A stretch of 32,000 bases of DNA, taken from contig NC_008340.1 in assembly GCF_000014785.1 (NCBI RefSeq), positions 840,001 to 872,000 on the forward strand, read 5' to 3'. This DNA is from Alkalilimnicola ehrlichii MLHE-1 (GTDB lineage: Bacteria; Pseudomonadota; Gammaproteobacteria; Nitrococcales; Halorhodospiraceae). Below are positions 8,181 to 18,648 of the stretch, in pieces (position 1 is the stretch's first letter; each line of letters starts with the position of its first letter). The notes below the pieces were generated by a model. That model saw nothing but the letters and a program-made list of their open reading frames with translations, was not told the origin of the DNA and ran no database searches. The position numbers and the translations under genes were made by a program.

Positions 8181-10574
8181 TTACTCCCCCCTCAGTACTG
8201 CACCGGCTTCCTGAGCCAGACGCTCGACCACGCGCCCCAACACGCGGTCCATGTCCTCATCAGTAAGCGTGCGCGAAGAATCCTGTAAAATCAAGCCCAT
8301 GGCAACGCTTTTCCGGCCTTCCGGCACACCCTTCCCGGCGTAGACGTCGAATAGCCGGATGTCGACCAGTTGCTCCCCCCCGGCGGCACGGGCTACGTCC
8401 ACCAGCGTCTGCGCCGGGACCTCATCCGCGACCAGCAGCGCCAGGTCCCGCCGGTTGGCCGGATAACGCGACAACGGGCGGAAGGCGGGCAGATGCCCGG
8501 CCTGCACGGCGCTGAGGTCCAGTTCGAACAGGAATACCGGTCCCTGGATGTCCAACTCGCGAGCCCGGGCGGGGTGCAGGGCGCCCAGCCAGCCGACCGG
8601 GCGGTGGTCGTGGTCGCTGTCCAGGATGCGCGCCGTCTGGCCCGGATGCAGCGCCGGGTGATGGTCGGCCTGGAACCGGAAGGCGCCGGCCCGCCCCCCG
8701 GCGGCCAGCAGGGCCTCCACATCGCCCTTGACGTCGTAGAAGTCCAGGGTGCGCCCGGGCTCCGCCCATTGCTCAGGGTGGACCGGCCCGAGGGCCAGCC
8801 CGGCGATGCGCGGTTCCTGGCGCAGGTCGCCGGCCTCGCCAATGAACCGCAGTCCGGTCTCGAACAGCCGGATACGCTGCACCTGTCGGTTCTGGTTGTG
8901 ACGGGCGGCCTGGACCAGGCCGGGCCAGAGGCTGGTCCGCATGACCGCCAGATCGGCGGAGATGGGGTTGGCCAGCGCCAGGGCCTGGTGCTCCGGATCC
9001 AGCGCCTGCTGTGCCTCCGCCGCCACGAAGGAGTAGCTGATGGCCTCGTGGTAACCGCGCTGGACCAGCGCCTGACGCAGCCGCGGCAGGCCGGTGAGCG
9101 TCTCGGGGGCCTGACCCACGGTGAGCGGGATGGGCGGGCGCCGGGTGGGCAGCCGATCGTAGCCGTAGAGGCGGGCCACTTCCTCGATCAGGTCCTCTTC
9201 GCGTTCGATGTCGAAGCGCCAGCTCGGTGGGGTGACCCACCAGACTCCTTCCCCTCCGGTCTCGACGCGCATGCCCAGCCGTTCCAGCATGCCAATAAGG
9301 GTGTCCCCGGCGATCTCCGTGCCCAGCACCAGGCGGATGCGTTGGCGCCGCAGTCGGACTGGATGGCGCCGGGGCAGGTGCTCCTCGGCGACCGCCTCCT
9401 GCACCGGTCCGGCCTCACCCCCGCAGATGGAGAGCAGCAGGTGGGTGGCGCGCTCCATGGCGCGATGCTGGCCGGCCGGGTCGACACCGCGTTCGAAGCG
9501 GTGGGAGGAGTCGGTGTGCAGACCATGGGCGCGGGCGCGGCCGGCGATGGCGGTGGGAGCGAACCAGGCGCACTCCAGCAGGATGTCGGTGGTGTCGTCG
9601 CCGACGCTGGACGCCTCTCCGCCCATGATCCCGGCCAGGGCCAGGGGGCGCTCGTCATCGGCGATAACCAGCTGGTCGGCGCGGAGTTCGATGGTCTCGC
9701 CCCCGATCAGCGTGAGGGTCTCACCCGGTCGCCCCCAGCGGGCATGGATGCCGCCCCGGACCTGGCTCAGGTCGAAGGCGTGCATGGGCTGACCCAGTTC
9801 CATCAGCACGTAGTTGGTGACGTCCACCAGCGGCCCGAGGCTGCGGAGGCCGGCCCGGCGCAGCCGCTCGCGCATCCACACGGGGGTTTCCGCGCGGGGG
9901 TCCAGGCCGCGTACGACCCGGCCCAGGTAGCGGGCGCAACCGTCCGGGGCATCGAGGGTCACCCGGACCGCATCGCTGATCCGGGCGCGCTCCGCCGGCA
10001 TGTCCGGGGTGTGCACCGGCTGCGCCAACAGGGCGCCCACCTCGCGGGCCACGCCCATCATGCCCAGGCAGTCCGCCCGGTTTGGGGTCAGGTCCACCTC
10101 GATGACGGTGTCATCCAGGGTGAGGTAGTCACGCAAGTCCCGGCCCACCGGGGCGTCGGCCGGCAGCTCCATCAGGCCCTCGGCGTCCTCGCTGAGGCCC
10201 AGTTCCCGGGCCGAGCAGAGCATGCCGAACGAGGCCTGGCCGCGCAGCTTGGCGCGCTTGATCGTCAGGCCCCCCGGCAGCTCGCCACCGACGGTGGCCA
10301 GCGGGGCCATCAGCCCCTCGCGGGCATTGGGGGCGCCGCAGACCACCTGCAGCGGTTCGCCCTGGCCCGCGTCCACCTGGCAGAGGCGCAGCTTGTCGGC
10401 ATCGGGGTGCGGCTCGCAGCGGACGATGCGGGCCACCACCACGCCGGTAAAGGGCGGGGCGGCGGGTTCCACGCCGTCCACTTCCAGGCCGGCCATGGTC
10501 AGTTGGTGGGCCAGTTGTTCCGTGGGGCCGGTGTCGGCCACCCATTCACGCAGCCAGTGTTCGCTGATTCGCAT
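8181..10574 (-). CDS. pheT: Phenylalanine--tRNA ligase beta subunit
   Basis: 797 aa. The N-terminus [12 protein letters not shown] is typical of PheT. The tRNA-binding, B3/4 and B5 architecture is implied by length, and the gene lies directly downstream of pheS. Confidence 0.97.
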   Translation of the reverse strand: MRISEHWLREWVADTGPTEQLAHQLTMAGLEVDGVEPAAPPFTGVVVARIVRCEPHPDADKLRLCQVDAGQGEPLQVVCGAPNAREGLMAPLATVGGELPGGLTIKRAKLRGQASFGMLCSARELGLSEDAEGLMELPADAPVGRDLRDYLTLDDTVIEVDLTPNRADCLGMMGVAREVGALLAQPVHTPDMPAERARISDAVRVTLDAPDGCARYLGRVVRGLDPRAETPVWMRERLRRAGLRSLGPLVDVTNYVLMELGQPMHAFDLSQVRGGIHARWGRPGETLTLIGGETIELRADQLVIADDERPLALAGIMGGEASSVGDDTTDILLECAWFAPTAIAGRARAHGLHTDSSHRFERGVDPAGQHRAMERATHLLLSICGGEAGPVQEAVAEEHLPRRHPVRLRRQRIRLVLGTEIAGDTLIGMLERLGMRVETGGEGVWWVTPPSWRFDIEREEDLIEEVARLYGYDRLPTRRPPIPLTVGQAPETLTGLPRLRQALVQRGYHEAISYSFVAAEAQQALDPEHQALALANPISADLAVMRTSLWPGLVQAARHNQNRQVQRIRLFETGLRFIGEAGDLRQEPRIAGLALGPVHPEQWAEPGRTLDFYDVKGDVEALLAAGGRAGAFRFQADHHPALHPGQTARILDSDHDHRPVGWLGALHPARARELDIQGPVFLFELDLSAVQAGHLPAFRPLSRYPANRRDLALLVADEVPAQTLVDVARAAGGEQLVDIRLFDVYAGKGVPEGRKSVAMGLILQDSSRTLTDEDMDRVLGRVVERLAQEAGAVLRGE

Positions 10575-10628
10575 GGATCAGTCCCGTCCTTGTCCGGGGC
10601 AGGGGTCGCCGGGCCGGCGTCGGCCGGC

Positions 10629-11846
<1,218 letters not shown>

Positions 11847-12206
11847 TCAGGCGGCGAGGGCCTCGCGGGCCTTCTCGGCCAGCGCGCCGAAGGCCGCCTT
11901 GTCGTTGACGGCCAGGTCGGCCAGCACCTTGCGGTCCAGATCGACCCCAGCCTGCTGCAGGCCGTTGATGAACCGGCTGTAGGACAGGCCGTGCTGGCGG
12001 GCACCGGCGTTGATCCGCTGGATCCACAGGGCCCGGAACTGGCGCTTGCGCTGCCGGCGGTCGCGATAGGCGTACTGGCCGGACTTGATGACGGCCTGGC
12101 GCGCAATGCGGAACGATTTGCGGCGGGCGCCGTAGTAACCCTTCGCCTTCTTCAGCACCTTGTTGTGCTTGGCGCGGGCAGTGACTCCTCGCTTGACTCT
12201 GGACAT
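11847..12206 (-). CDS. rplT: 50S ribosomal protein L20
   Basis: 119 aa: [67 protein letters not shown]. This is a canonical L20 sequence. Confidence 0.97.
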   Translation of the reverse strand: MSRVKRGVTARAKHNKVLKKAKGYYGARRKSFRIARQAVIKSGQYAYRDRRQRKRQFRALWIQRINAGARQHGLSYSRFINGLQQAGVDLDRKVLADLAVNDKAAFGALAEKAREALAA

Positions 12207-12236
12207 GACTTGATAACTCCCGGCGAACGGTAACGC

Positions 12237-12434
12237 TTAGCTGTAAGGCATCATGCGGCGGATCATGGGGGTGTCCGCCTCGGCGACCAGCGCATCGGCG
12301 CGCAGCTTGCGCTTCCGTTTGCTGTCCTTCTTGGTCAGGATGTGGTTGTGGAAGGCATGGGCGCGCTTGTAGCGGCCGCTGGCAGTGGCCTTGAAGCGCT
12401 TGGCCGCCCCACGGTTGGTCTTGATCTTGGGCAT
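12237..12434 (-). CDS. rpmI: 50S ribosomal protein L35
   Basis: From ORF 12237..12512. The true start is ATG 12432-12434, giving the 65-aa protein [42 protein letters not shown] Shine-Dalgarno sits just upstream. Confidence 0.95.
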   Translation of the reverse strand: MPKIKTNRGAAKRFKATASGRYKRAHAFHNHILTKKDSKRKRKLRADALVAEADTPMIRRMMPYS

Positions 12435-12445
12435 TCCAGACTCCC

Positions 12446-12493
12446 TAAATAACAAACAAAGACGCCACCCCCGGTACTGACCCCGGGGTGGCG
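12446..12493 (-). terminator. Hairpin plus U-tract between infC and rpmI (terminator/attenuator or L20-operator-region structure)
   Basis: On the minus strand: GCCACCCCGG, an 8-nt loop, CCGGGGGTGGC (one bulged G), then TTTGTTTGTTATTTA. The rpmI Shine-Dalgarno follows immediately. Confidence 0.5.
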
Positions 12494-12512
12494 CCAGGGG
12501 ATCGGGTGGCAA

Positions 12513-13067
12513 CTATTTGCCCTTGCGAGGGCTCATCATCATGACCATCAGCCGGCCTTCCATCTTGGGCCGCTGGTCTACGGTGGCTATGTCCTCCAGG
12601 TCTTGCTCGACCCGGTTAAGCAGCTTCAGCCCCAAGTCCTGGTGGGCCATCTCGCGCCCCCGGAAGCGTAGGGTGACCTTGGCCTTGTCCCCATCCTCCA
12701 GGAAGCGGCGGAGGTTTCGCAGCTTGACCTTGTAGTCGCCCTCGTCGGTGCCGGGCCGGAATTTGACCTCTTTGACCTGGATCTGCTTCTGCTTTTTGCG
12801 CGCCGCTTGAGCCTTCTTGCTCTGCTCAAACTTGAACTTGCCGTAATCCATGATCCGGCAAACCGGCGGCTTTGCATTGGCATCCAGCTCGACCAGGTCC
12901 ATCCCGGCCTCTTCGGCCCGTTCAAGAGCCTCTTCGGTGGGGACGATGCCCACCTGATCGCCCGTCTGGTCTATCAGCCGAACCTCCGGAACCCGGATGG
13001 CGCGGTTGAGCCTGCGATCGTCCGAGGGGGCGTTGCGCCCACCTCCTCTTTTTGGTCTGACAGCGAT
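12513..13067 (-). CDS. infC: Translation initiation factor IF-3, with predicted non-canonical AUC start
   Basis: The track ORF (12513..12953) begins at an internal GTG. The frame stays open upstream to the TAA that is also the thrS stop. It reads (I)[47 protein letters not shown], which matches the IF-3 N-domain (E. coli ...INGEIRAQEVRL...). The first codon after TAA-AGG is ATC (13065-13067), 8 nt after the GGAGG at the thrS 3' end. No ATG, GTG or TTG lies in frame upstream of the conserved EVRL segment. Confidence 0.85.
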   Translation of the reverse strand: MAVRPKRGGGRNAPSDDRRLNRAIRVPEVRLIDQTGDQVGIVPTEEALERAEEAGMDLVELDANAKPPVCRIMDYGKFKFEQSKKAQAARKKQKQIQVKEVKFRPGTDEGDYKVKLRNLRRFLEDGDKAKVTLRFRGREMAHQDLGLKLLNRVEQDLEDIATVDQRPKMEGRLMVMMMSPRKGK

Positions 13068-13070
13068 CCT

Positions 13071-14996
13071 TTAATCCTCCGAGTTGCTGCGTCCCAGCCG
13101 CGCGATCTCGGACTCCAGGCGCTGCAGGAAGTCGTCGACTGCCATGGAGCCCAGGTCCTGACCCTCTCGGGTGCGCACGGCCACCGTGTTGTTTTCCACT
13201 TCCTTGTCCCCCACGACCAGCATGTAAGGGACCTTTTGAAGCGTGTGCTCGCGGATTTTAAAGCCGATCTTCTCGTTTCTCAAGTCGGCGTCGACCCGCA
13301 AGCCCCGCTCACGGAAGCGCTTTTCGATCCGACGGGCGTATTCGCCCTGCCGATCCGTGATATTAAGCACGACTGCCTGCACCGGTGCAAGCCATGGAGG
13401 CAGGGCGCCGGCGTAGTGTTCGATGAGAATCCCGATGAAGCGTTCCAACGAACCGAGGATCGCCCGGTGGAGCATCACCGGCACCTTCTTGCTGCCGTCC
13501 TCCGCCACATAGGTGGCGCCCAGGCGCCCGGGCATGGAGAAGTCCACCTGAATGGTGCCCAGTTGCCAGGTGCGGCCCAGGCAGTCCTTCAGGGTGAACT
13601 CGATCTTCGGGCCGTAGAAGGCCCCCTCACCCGGCTGCAGTTGCCACTCCAGGCCGGCGCGGTTCAGCGCCTCCTCCAGCGCGTGTTCCGCCTTGTCCCA
13701 GAGGGCGTCCTCGCCCACCCGTTCATCGGGGCGGGTGGACAGGGCGATGATGACGTCGTCGAAGCCGAAATCGTTGTAGGCCTTGAAGACCAGGTCGATG
13801 AAGTCGGCAACCTCCTGCTGGATCTGGTCCTCGGTGCAGAAGATGTGGGCATCGTCCTGCACAAAGTTGCGCACCCGCATCAGCCCGTGCAGCGTGCCCG
13901 AGGGCTCGTTGCGGTGGCAGGAGCCGAATTCGGCCAGGCGCAGGGGCAGGTCACGGTAACTCTTCAGGCCCTGGTTGTACACCTGCACGTGGCAGGGGCA
14001 GTTCATGGGCTTGACCGCGTAGTCCCGGGACTCGGACTCGGTGATGAACATGTTGTCCTGGAATTTGTCCCAGTGCCCGGATTTCTCCCAGAGGCTGCGG
14101 TCCACCAACTGCGGGGTGTGGATCTCCTGGTAGCCGTGGCCGCGGGTGAGCCGGCGGATGTACTCCTGCACCTCCAGGTAGATCTGCCAGCCTTTCGGGT
14201 GCCAGAAGGCCATGCCCGGGGCCTCCTCCTGGAGGTGGAACAGGTTCTGCGCACGGCCGATGCGGCGGTGATCGCGCTTCTCGGCCTCGGCCAGGCGGTG
14301 GAGATAGGCCTTGAGCTGCTTCTTGTCCGGCCAGGCGGTACCGTAGATGCGCTGGAGCATCTCGTTGTCGGACTTGCCGCGCCAATAGGCCCCCGCCACC
14401 TTCTGCAGCTTGAAGGCCTTGAGCTTGCCGGTGTTGGGCACGTGCGGGCCGCGGCACAGATCGAGGAAGTCCCCCTGCTTATAGACCGAGATGGTCTCGT
14501 GCTCGGGCAGGTCCTCGATGATCTCGGCCTTGTACTGCTCACCCTGTTCCAGGAAGAACCGGATTGCCTCATCGCGGTCCCAGACCTCGCGGTGGACCTC
14601 GAAGTCCTGTCGGGCCAGCTCCTCCATCTTTTTCTCGATGGCCTTGAGATCGTCCTCGGTGAAGGGGCGCTTGTAGGCAAAGTCGTAGTAGAAACCGTTC
14701 TCGATCACCGGGCCGATGGTGACCTGGGCCTCCGGAAACAACTCCTTGACCGCCTGCGCCATCAGGTGGGCGGTGGAGTGGCGGATCATGTCCACGCCGT
14801 CCGGATCGCGGTCGGTGACGATCTCCAGTTGCACGTCGTCGTCGATGCGATGGCTGAGATCGACCAGTCTGCCGTCCACCCGGCCGGCCAGCGCGGCACG
14901 CGCCAGGCCCTTGCCGATGGACTCGGCGACGTCACGTACCGTGACGGGATGATCAAACTCGCGGCGGGAGCCGTCGGGGAGGGTGATTGCAGGCAT
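13071..14996 (-). CDS. thrS: Threonine--tRNA ligase
   Basis: 641 aa. It has a TGS-domain N-terminus ([28 protein letters not shown]) and editing plus class II catalytic core motifs ([29 protein letters not shown]). The order thrS-infC-rpmI-rplT is classic. Confidence 0.97.
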   Translation of the reverse strand: MPAITLPDGSRREFDHPVTVRDVAESIGKGLARAALAGRVDGRLVDLSHRIDDDVQLEIVTDRDPDGVDMIRHSTAHLMAQAVKELFPEAQVTIGPVIENGFYYDFAYKRPFTEDDLKAIEKKMEELARQDFEVHREVWDRDEAIRFFLEQGEQYKAEIIEDLPEHETISVYKQGDFLDLCRGPHVPNTGKLKAFKLQKVAGAYWRGKSDNEMLQRIYGTAWPDKKQLKAYLHRLAEAEKRDHRRIGRAQNLFHLQEEAPGMAFWHPKGWQIYLEVQEYIRRLTRGHGYQEIHTPQLVDRSLWEKSGHWDKFQDNMFITESESRDYAVKPMNCPCHVQVYNQGLKSYRDLPLRLAEFGSCHRNEPSGTLHGLMRVRNFVQDDAHIFCTEDQIQQEVADFIDLVFKAYNDFGFDDVIIALSTRPDERVGEDALWDKAEHALEEALNRAGLEWQLQPGEGAFYGPKIEFTLKDCLGRTWQLGTIQVDFSMPGRLGATYVAEDGSKKVPVMLHRAILGSLERFIGILIEHYAGALPPWLAPVQAVVLNITDRQGEYARRIEKRFRERGLRVDADLRNEKIGFKIREHTLQKVPYMLVVGDKEVENNTVAVRTREGQDLGSMAVDDFLQRLESEIARLGRSNSED

Positions 14997-15014
14997 GGAT
15001 CACTCCTGACAGTG

Positions 15015-15035
15015 GTGGCCTATACGAGGGGCCAC
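15015..15035 (-). promoter_or_regulatory. Candidate thrS translational operator: tRNA-Thr anticodon-arm mimic
   Basis: The mRNA-sense sequence is GUGGCC-C-CUCGUAU-A-GGCCAC. That is a 6-bp stem whose loop contains U-CGU-A in the 33-37 register of a tRNA-Thr(CGU) anticodon loop. The hairpin ends immediately 5' of the AGGAG Shine-Dalgarno (15005-15009) and about 18 nt from the ATG. Confidence 0.4.
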
Positions 15036-15108
15036 GTGTATGTGGGCACTCGGAAGAAGAGGTGCCGGCGATTTCAGCCGGGCATTCTTGCAAAGCTGCT
15101 GATTTTTC

Positions 15109-16101
15109 TCAAGCCCCGGGCTCGGGTTTTTGCGCGGCACCAAAGATGCGTTGGGCGAAGGCGACCCGAGCTGCGGGCGGGTAGAGCGTGTCGTCCTGCT
15201 GGCGGATGCGCTCGCGCTCATGGGCGTCGATGTGCGCCACCCGGGGCGCGAGCCCGCACCGGTTGGCCATCTGGATGGCCAGTCCGGGCCGGGCGTTCAG
15301 CTCCAGCAGCAGCGGCCCGCGGTGGCGGTCCAGCACCATGTCGGTGCCCAGGTAGCCCAGGCCACTCATCTCGTAGCAGCCGGCGGCCAGCTCCAACAGG
15401 CGGGTCCAGTCAGGGATCTGGAGCTCGTTGAGGCGGCGGCCGGTGTCGGGATGGTGGTGCACCGGTCGGTCGTATTGCACCGCCTGGGTGGCCCGGCCGC
15501 TGGCCAGGTCCAGGCCGACGCCGATGGCCCCCTGGTGCAGGTTGGCCTTGCCGTCGGAGGCGTGGGTGGACAGCCGCATCATGGCCATCAGCGGATAGCC
15601 CCGGTAGACCACCACCCGGATGTCCGGCACCCCCTCGAAGGTGAAGGACTCGAAGTGTTCATCGAACTCGATCAGCGCCTCGATCATCGCCACGTCCGGG
15701 CTGCCGCCCAGGGTGTAAAGCCCCGAGAGCAGATTGGAGAGGTAGCGCACCACATCGCGCCGGCTCACCCAGAGCCCGCTGCCCTTGCGGAACCAGCCGT
15801 CCTTGTGTTCCAGGATGACCAGGATGCCCTTGCCGCCGCTGCCCCGGGAGGGCTTGATGGCGAAGCCCCGGCCAGGCTGGATGATGGACTCCAGCCGGCG
15901 AATCTCACCCTGGCTGTGGATCACCCCCAGCAGTTCGGGACTGGCGATACCGTACTTGCGCGCCAGCAGCTTGGTCTTCAGCTTGTCATCCACCAGCGGG
16001 AATCGCTCGCGGGGATTGTGCCGGTTGATGAGGCTGAGATTGCGCTCGTTCAGCCCCACGATACCCTGCTCGCGCAGGCGCCTGGCCCAGCGCAGCAGCA
16101 T
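15109..16101 (-). CDS. RimK-related ATP-grasp ligase (alpha-L-glutamate-ligase-like protein)
   Basis: From ORF 15109..16146. I prefer the start at ATG 16099-16101 (MLLRWARRLREQGIVGLNERN), which forms an ATGA overlap with the stop of the upstream gene. ATP-grasp motifs are present (FAIKPSRGSGGKGILVI; LGYLGTDMVLD...GPLLLELNARPGL). Confidence 0.85.
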   Translation of the reverse strand: MLLRWARRLREQGIVGLNERNLSLINRHNPRERFPLVDDKLKTKLLARKYGIASPELLGVIHSQGEIRRLESIIQPGRGFAIKPSRGSGGKGILVILEHKDGWFRKGSGLWVSRRDVVRYLSNLLSGLYTLGGSPDVAMIEALIEFDEHFESFTFEGVPDIRVVVYRGYPLMAMMRLSTHASDGKANLHQGAIGVGLDLASGRATQAVQYDRPVHHHPDTGRRLNELQIPDWTRLLELAAGCYEMSGLGYLGTDMVLDRHRGPLLLELNARPGLAIQMANRCGLAPRVAHIDAHERERIRQQDDTLYPPAARVAFAQRIFGAAQKPEPGA

Positions 16102-17621
16102 CAGGTGCGGCCCCCGGCCGGTGTCAGGAAGGGGCGGAAACGCCACAGCTCCAGCAGCCGGTACCCGGTGTAGCTGCCCAGCAGTACGATGCCGGCCAGC
16201 ACCACCAGCTGCAGCCCAAGGAAGTTGAACATCAGGTGCTGAACCCAGCCCAGCTGCATCAGCCAGAAGGCGGCGATCGCGGTGATCAGACTGCCTGCCC
16301 CCTGCTTGAAGACATCCCGCGGGCCCTCCTCCTCCCAGAGGATGGACATGCGCTCAATGGTCCAGGCCAGGATGATCATCGGAAACAGGGCCACCTTGAG
16401 CCCCGAGGTGAAGCCCAGGTGGAAGCTCAGCACCGAGAGCAGTGAGATCAACCCGATGACGCAGACAATGACCACGGAGACGCGGGCCACCAGCAGCAGG
16501 TTGAGGTGGGCCATCGCTTGGCGCATCAGCAGGCCGCCCCCCACCACCAACAGGAAGGTGATCAGACCCGGCAGCAGGTTCATCTCCAGAAAGGCGAGGG
16601 CGATGAGCACTGGCATGAAGGTGCCGGAGGTCTCCAGCCCCACCACGACGCGGAAGAAGACCACCACCAGCGCACCCAGCGGCAGCAGCAGGATGCTTTG
16701 AAAGATGGCCTGCTCGGACAGCGGCAGGCTGTGGATGGAGAGGTTGAACACCGCATCGGTTACCGTACCCTGCTCCCCCAGACCGGCGGCGGACTGCCGG
16801 GTCTCCAGCATGGAGAAGGTCACCCGCGAGTTGCGCCCGCCCTCCACCACCAGCACCGGGCCCCCCGCCTGCTCCCAGAGCAGTACTTCCTCGTCCTGCA
16901 CCTCCGTGCCCCCCTTGGGGTCAAACAGCCGCCAGGCGTCGCCCTCGAAGACCTGGACAAAGGGTTGCAGCGACTGCCGGCGGCGACCGTCCTCCAGGAC
17001 CAGGCCGTGGACGGTGCGGGCCGGCACCTCCGCCTGATTGAGCAGGCGGACCAGGGTGGTGCTGGGGGGGTATTCACTGAGTAGCAGCTGGGCATTCTGA
17101 TTGTCGGCATCGGCCAGGCGGCGGACGAGGGCCCGGGCCAGGCTGAAGCCGTCGGCGGACTGCAGGTAGGCATTCCGCAGGACCTGAGCGGAGGCCACCT
17201 GCAGAGACGGGCTCCAAGCGATGCGCCGGATCTCCGGTGGGTGGCCCACGTGGCGCGAGCCCAGGGTCGGGTCGACCTGGAACTGCGCCCGGTAGTACAG
17301 CACCTGCGGCCCGACCGCCTCGCGGGTGGTCCACTCGGCGTGCCGGTGGCCATTATCGACGAAGCTCAGGCCGTAGCCGGGGGAGGCCGTGTGCTCGGCG
17401 ACGCGCTTGAAACCCGGCGCATCGCCGGGCACGGCCAGCCGGACGCGTACGGGGTCGCCGCTGGCGTCCAGCCGCACGGTGGCCTCGATATCCCAGAGCG
17501 TGTCAGTGGCGCCGGGGAACCAGGGGACGCCGTGTTCCAGGTGGCGGTGGACACTGTGGGCGATGCCCACCAGGATCAGCACCGCGGCGATCCAGAACAG
17601 CGAACTTCGGGCTAGTTTCAT
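16101..17621 (-). CDS. Inactive-transglutaminase-like extracytoplasmic domain fused to a 7-TM module
   Basis: 506 aa. An N-terminal anchor helix (SLFWIAAVLILVGIA) is followed by a soluble region of roughly 280-300 aa. That region contains no cysteine at all, so it has no transglutaminase nucleophile. A C-terminal block of about 7 hydrophobic helices follows. The architecture and neighbours match the family usually annotated as 'inactive transglutaminase fused to 7 TM helices'. Confidence 0.8.
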   Translation of the reverse strand: MKLARSSLFWIAAVLILVGIAHSVHRHLEHGVPWFPGATDTLWDIEATVRLDASGDPVRVRLAVPGDAPGFKRVAEHTASPGYGLSFVDNGHRHAEWTTREAVGPQVLYYRAQFQVDPTLGSRHVGHPPEIRRIAWSPSLQVASAQVLRNAYLQSADGFSLARALVRRLADADNQNAQLLLSEYPPSTTLVRLLNQAEVPARTVHGLVLEDGRRRQSLQPFVQVFEGDAWRLFDPKGGTEVQDEEVLLWEQAGGPVLVVEGGRNSRVTFSMLETRQSAAGLGEQGTVTDAVFNLSIHSLPLSEQAIFQSILLLPLGALVVVFFRVVVGLETSGTFMPVLIALAFLEMNLLPGLITFLLVVGGGLLMRQAMAHLNLLLVARVSVVIVCVIGLISLLSVLSFHLGFTSGLKVALFPMIILAWTIERMSILWEEEGPRDVFKQGAGSLITAIAAFWLMQLGWVQHLMFNFLGLQLVVLAGIVLLGSYTGYRLLELWRFRPFLTPAGGRT

Positions 17622-17631
17622 GGGCCGGGGG

Positions 17632-18432
17632 TCAGTCGTCCTCGGGGCGTGGGTGGAGGTAGGTCTCCGCCACGTCGATCACGGCGATGTCCATCAGCAG
17701 GTCCCGGCCCACCAGGGTGGCGTAGGTCAGGTGCCCGCGGTCGGACAGCGTGAAGCGAGCCTCATCCTCAATGGGGCCCAGCCGCACCGGCAGGCGCACC
17801 ACCAGGCGTTCCTCCCGGCCAGCGGCCTGCCGTATGGTGATACGACTGTCCAAGGGGGCCTCGAGTTCAACCTCGCGGTTGTCCTCCTCGTCATCGTCGC
17901 CGGGCCGGCCCGGCGGGTAGCTCACGGTGAAGCGCACCCAGGTCTCACCGTCGCGCTCGAACTCGCTGATACCGGTGGCGTTGAGCGACGAGCTGGCGGC
18001 CCCGGAATCCACCCGGGCGGCGATCACCATGCCGTGCTCGGGGAAGGCGAGCCACTCGACGGCGCCCAGGACCACCTTGCCCTCCAGGTCGTCCTCGCGG
18101 TCGCCAGAGGGTTGGGTCTGGGCCAGCGGCAGGGGGGAGGGGGTTCCCGTGCCTCGGGCCTCCAGGTCGGTCAGGCGCTGGTCAATGCTGCCGAGGCCTT
18201 CGCCGAGGGCGCTCAACTGCTGTTGCTGGCGGTTCAGGCTGGCGCCCAGGGTGTCCAGGGCCTCCAGCAGTGCCTCGGTCTGGGCGGTTTGCTGCTGCTC
18301 GAAGGCCGAGACGGAGAGTTGCTCCTCCTGGGGGAGGGTCTGGCACCCCGCCAGCAGGCCCAGTACGGCCAGCATGGCCAGCGCGGGCCGGCGCGGGACG
18401 GTTCCCTGTCTGCGCTCGGGTCTTGGGGTCAT
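17632..18432 (-). CDS. Lipoprotein with C-terminal retropepsin-like ('ATP-dependent zinc protease', DUF785-type) aspartic protease domain
   Basis: From ORF 17632..18615. I prefer the start at ATG 18430-18432, with GGAG 8 nt upstream. This gives MTPRPERRQGTVPRRPALAMLAVLGLLAGC, a lipobox L-A-G-C. A Gln/Leu-rich linker follows, then a domain with the retropepsin signature ARVDSGAASSSL (D-S-G-A) and LVGRDLL near the C-terminus. Confidence 0.8.
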   Translation of the reverse strand: MTPRPERRQGTVPRRPALAMLAVLGLLAGCQTLPQEEQLSVSAFEQQQTAQTEALLEALDTLGASLNRQQQQLSALGEGLGSIDQRLTDLEARGTGTPSPLPLAQTQPSGDREDDLEGKVVLGAVEWLAFPEHGMVIAARVDSGAASSSLNATGISEFERDGETWVRFTVSYPPGRPGDDDEEDNREVELEAPLDSRITIRQAAGREERLVVRLPVRLGPIEDEARFTLSDRGHLTYATLVGRDLLMDIAVIDVAETYLHPRPEDD

Positions 18433-18648
18433 AGTCGCACTCCGTTGCTTTGTTCGCGTTCGAAGTATCATGCGGTGGATTGTACGTGGTTTTCGCCCGG
18501 CGTTGACCCGTCTGCACTCACTCCCCCATGAAACAGAGAGGTCCGCGAGGGGCGTGTTTCGCCTCCGGGCTGTTAAAGTGGCGCCTGAGCCCACGCCGGC
18601 TGCTCGCGGGGGCATCGCGCCGCCATTATATTGCCCGGGAGATCATCA

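Noticed and set aside
12807-15431. 874-aa ORF on the plus strand
   Set aside because: It is antisense to infC, thrS and the 3' end of the RimK-like gene. It has the same low-complexity composition and no recognisable motifs.
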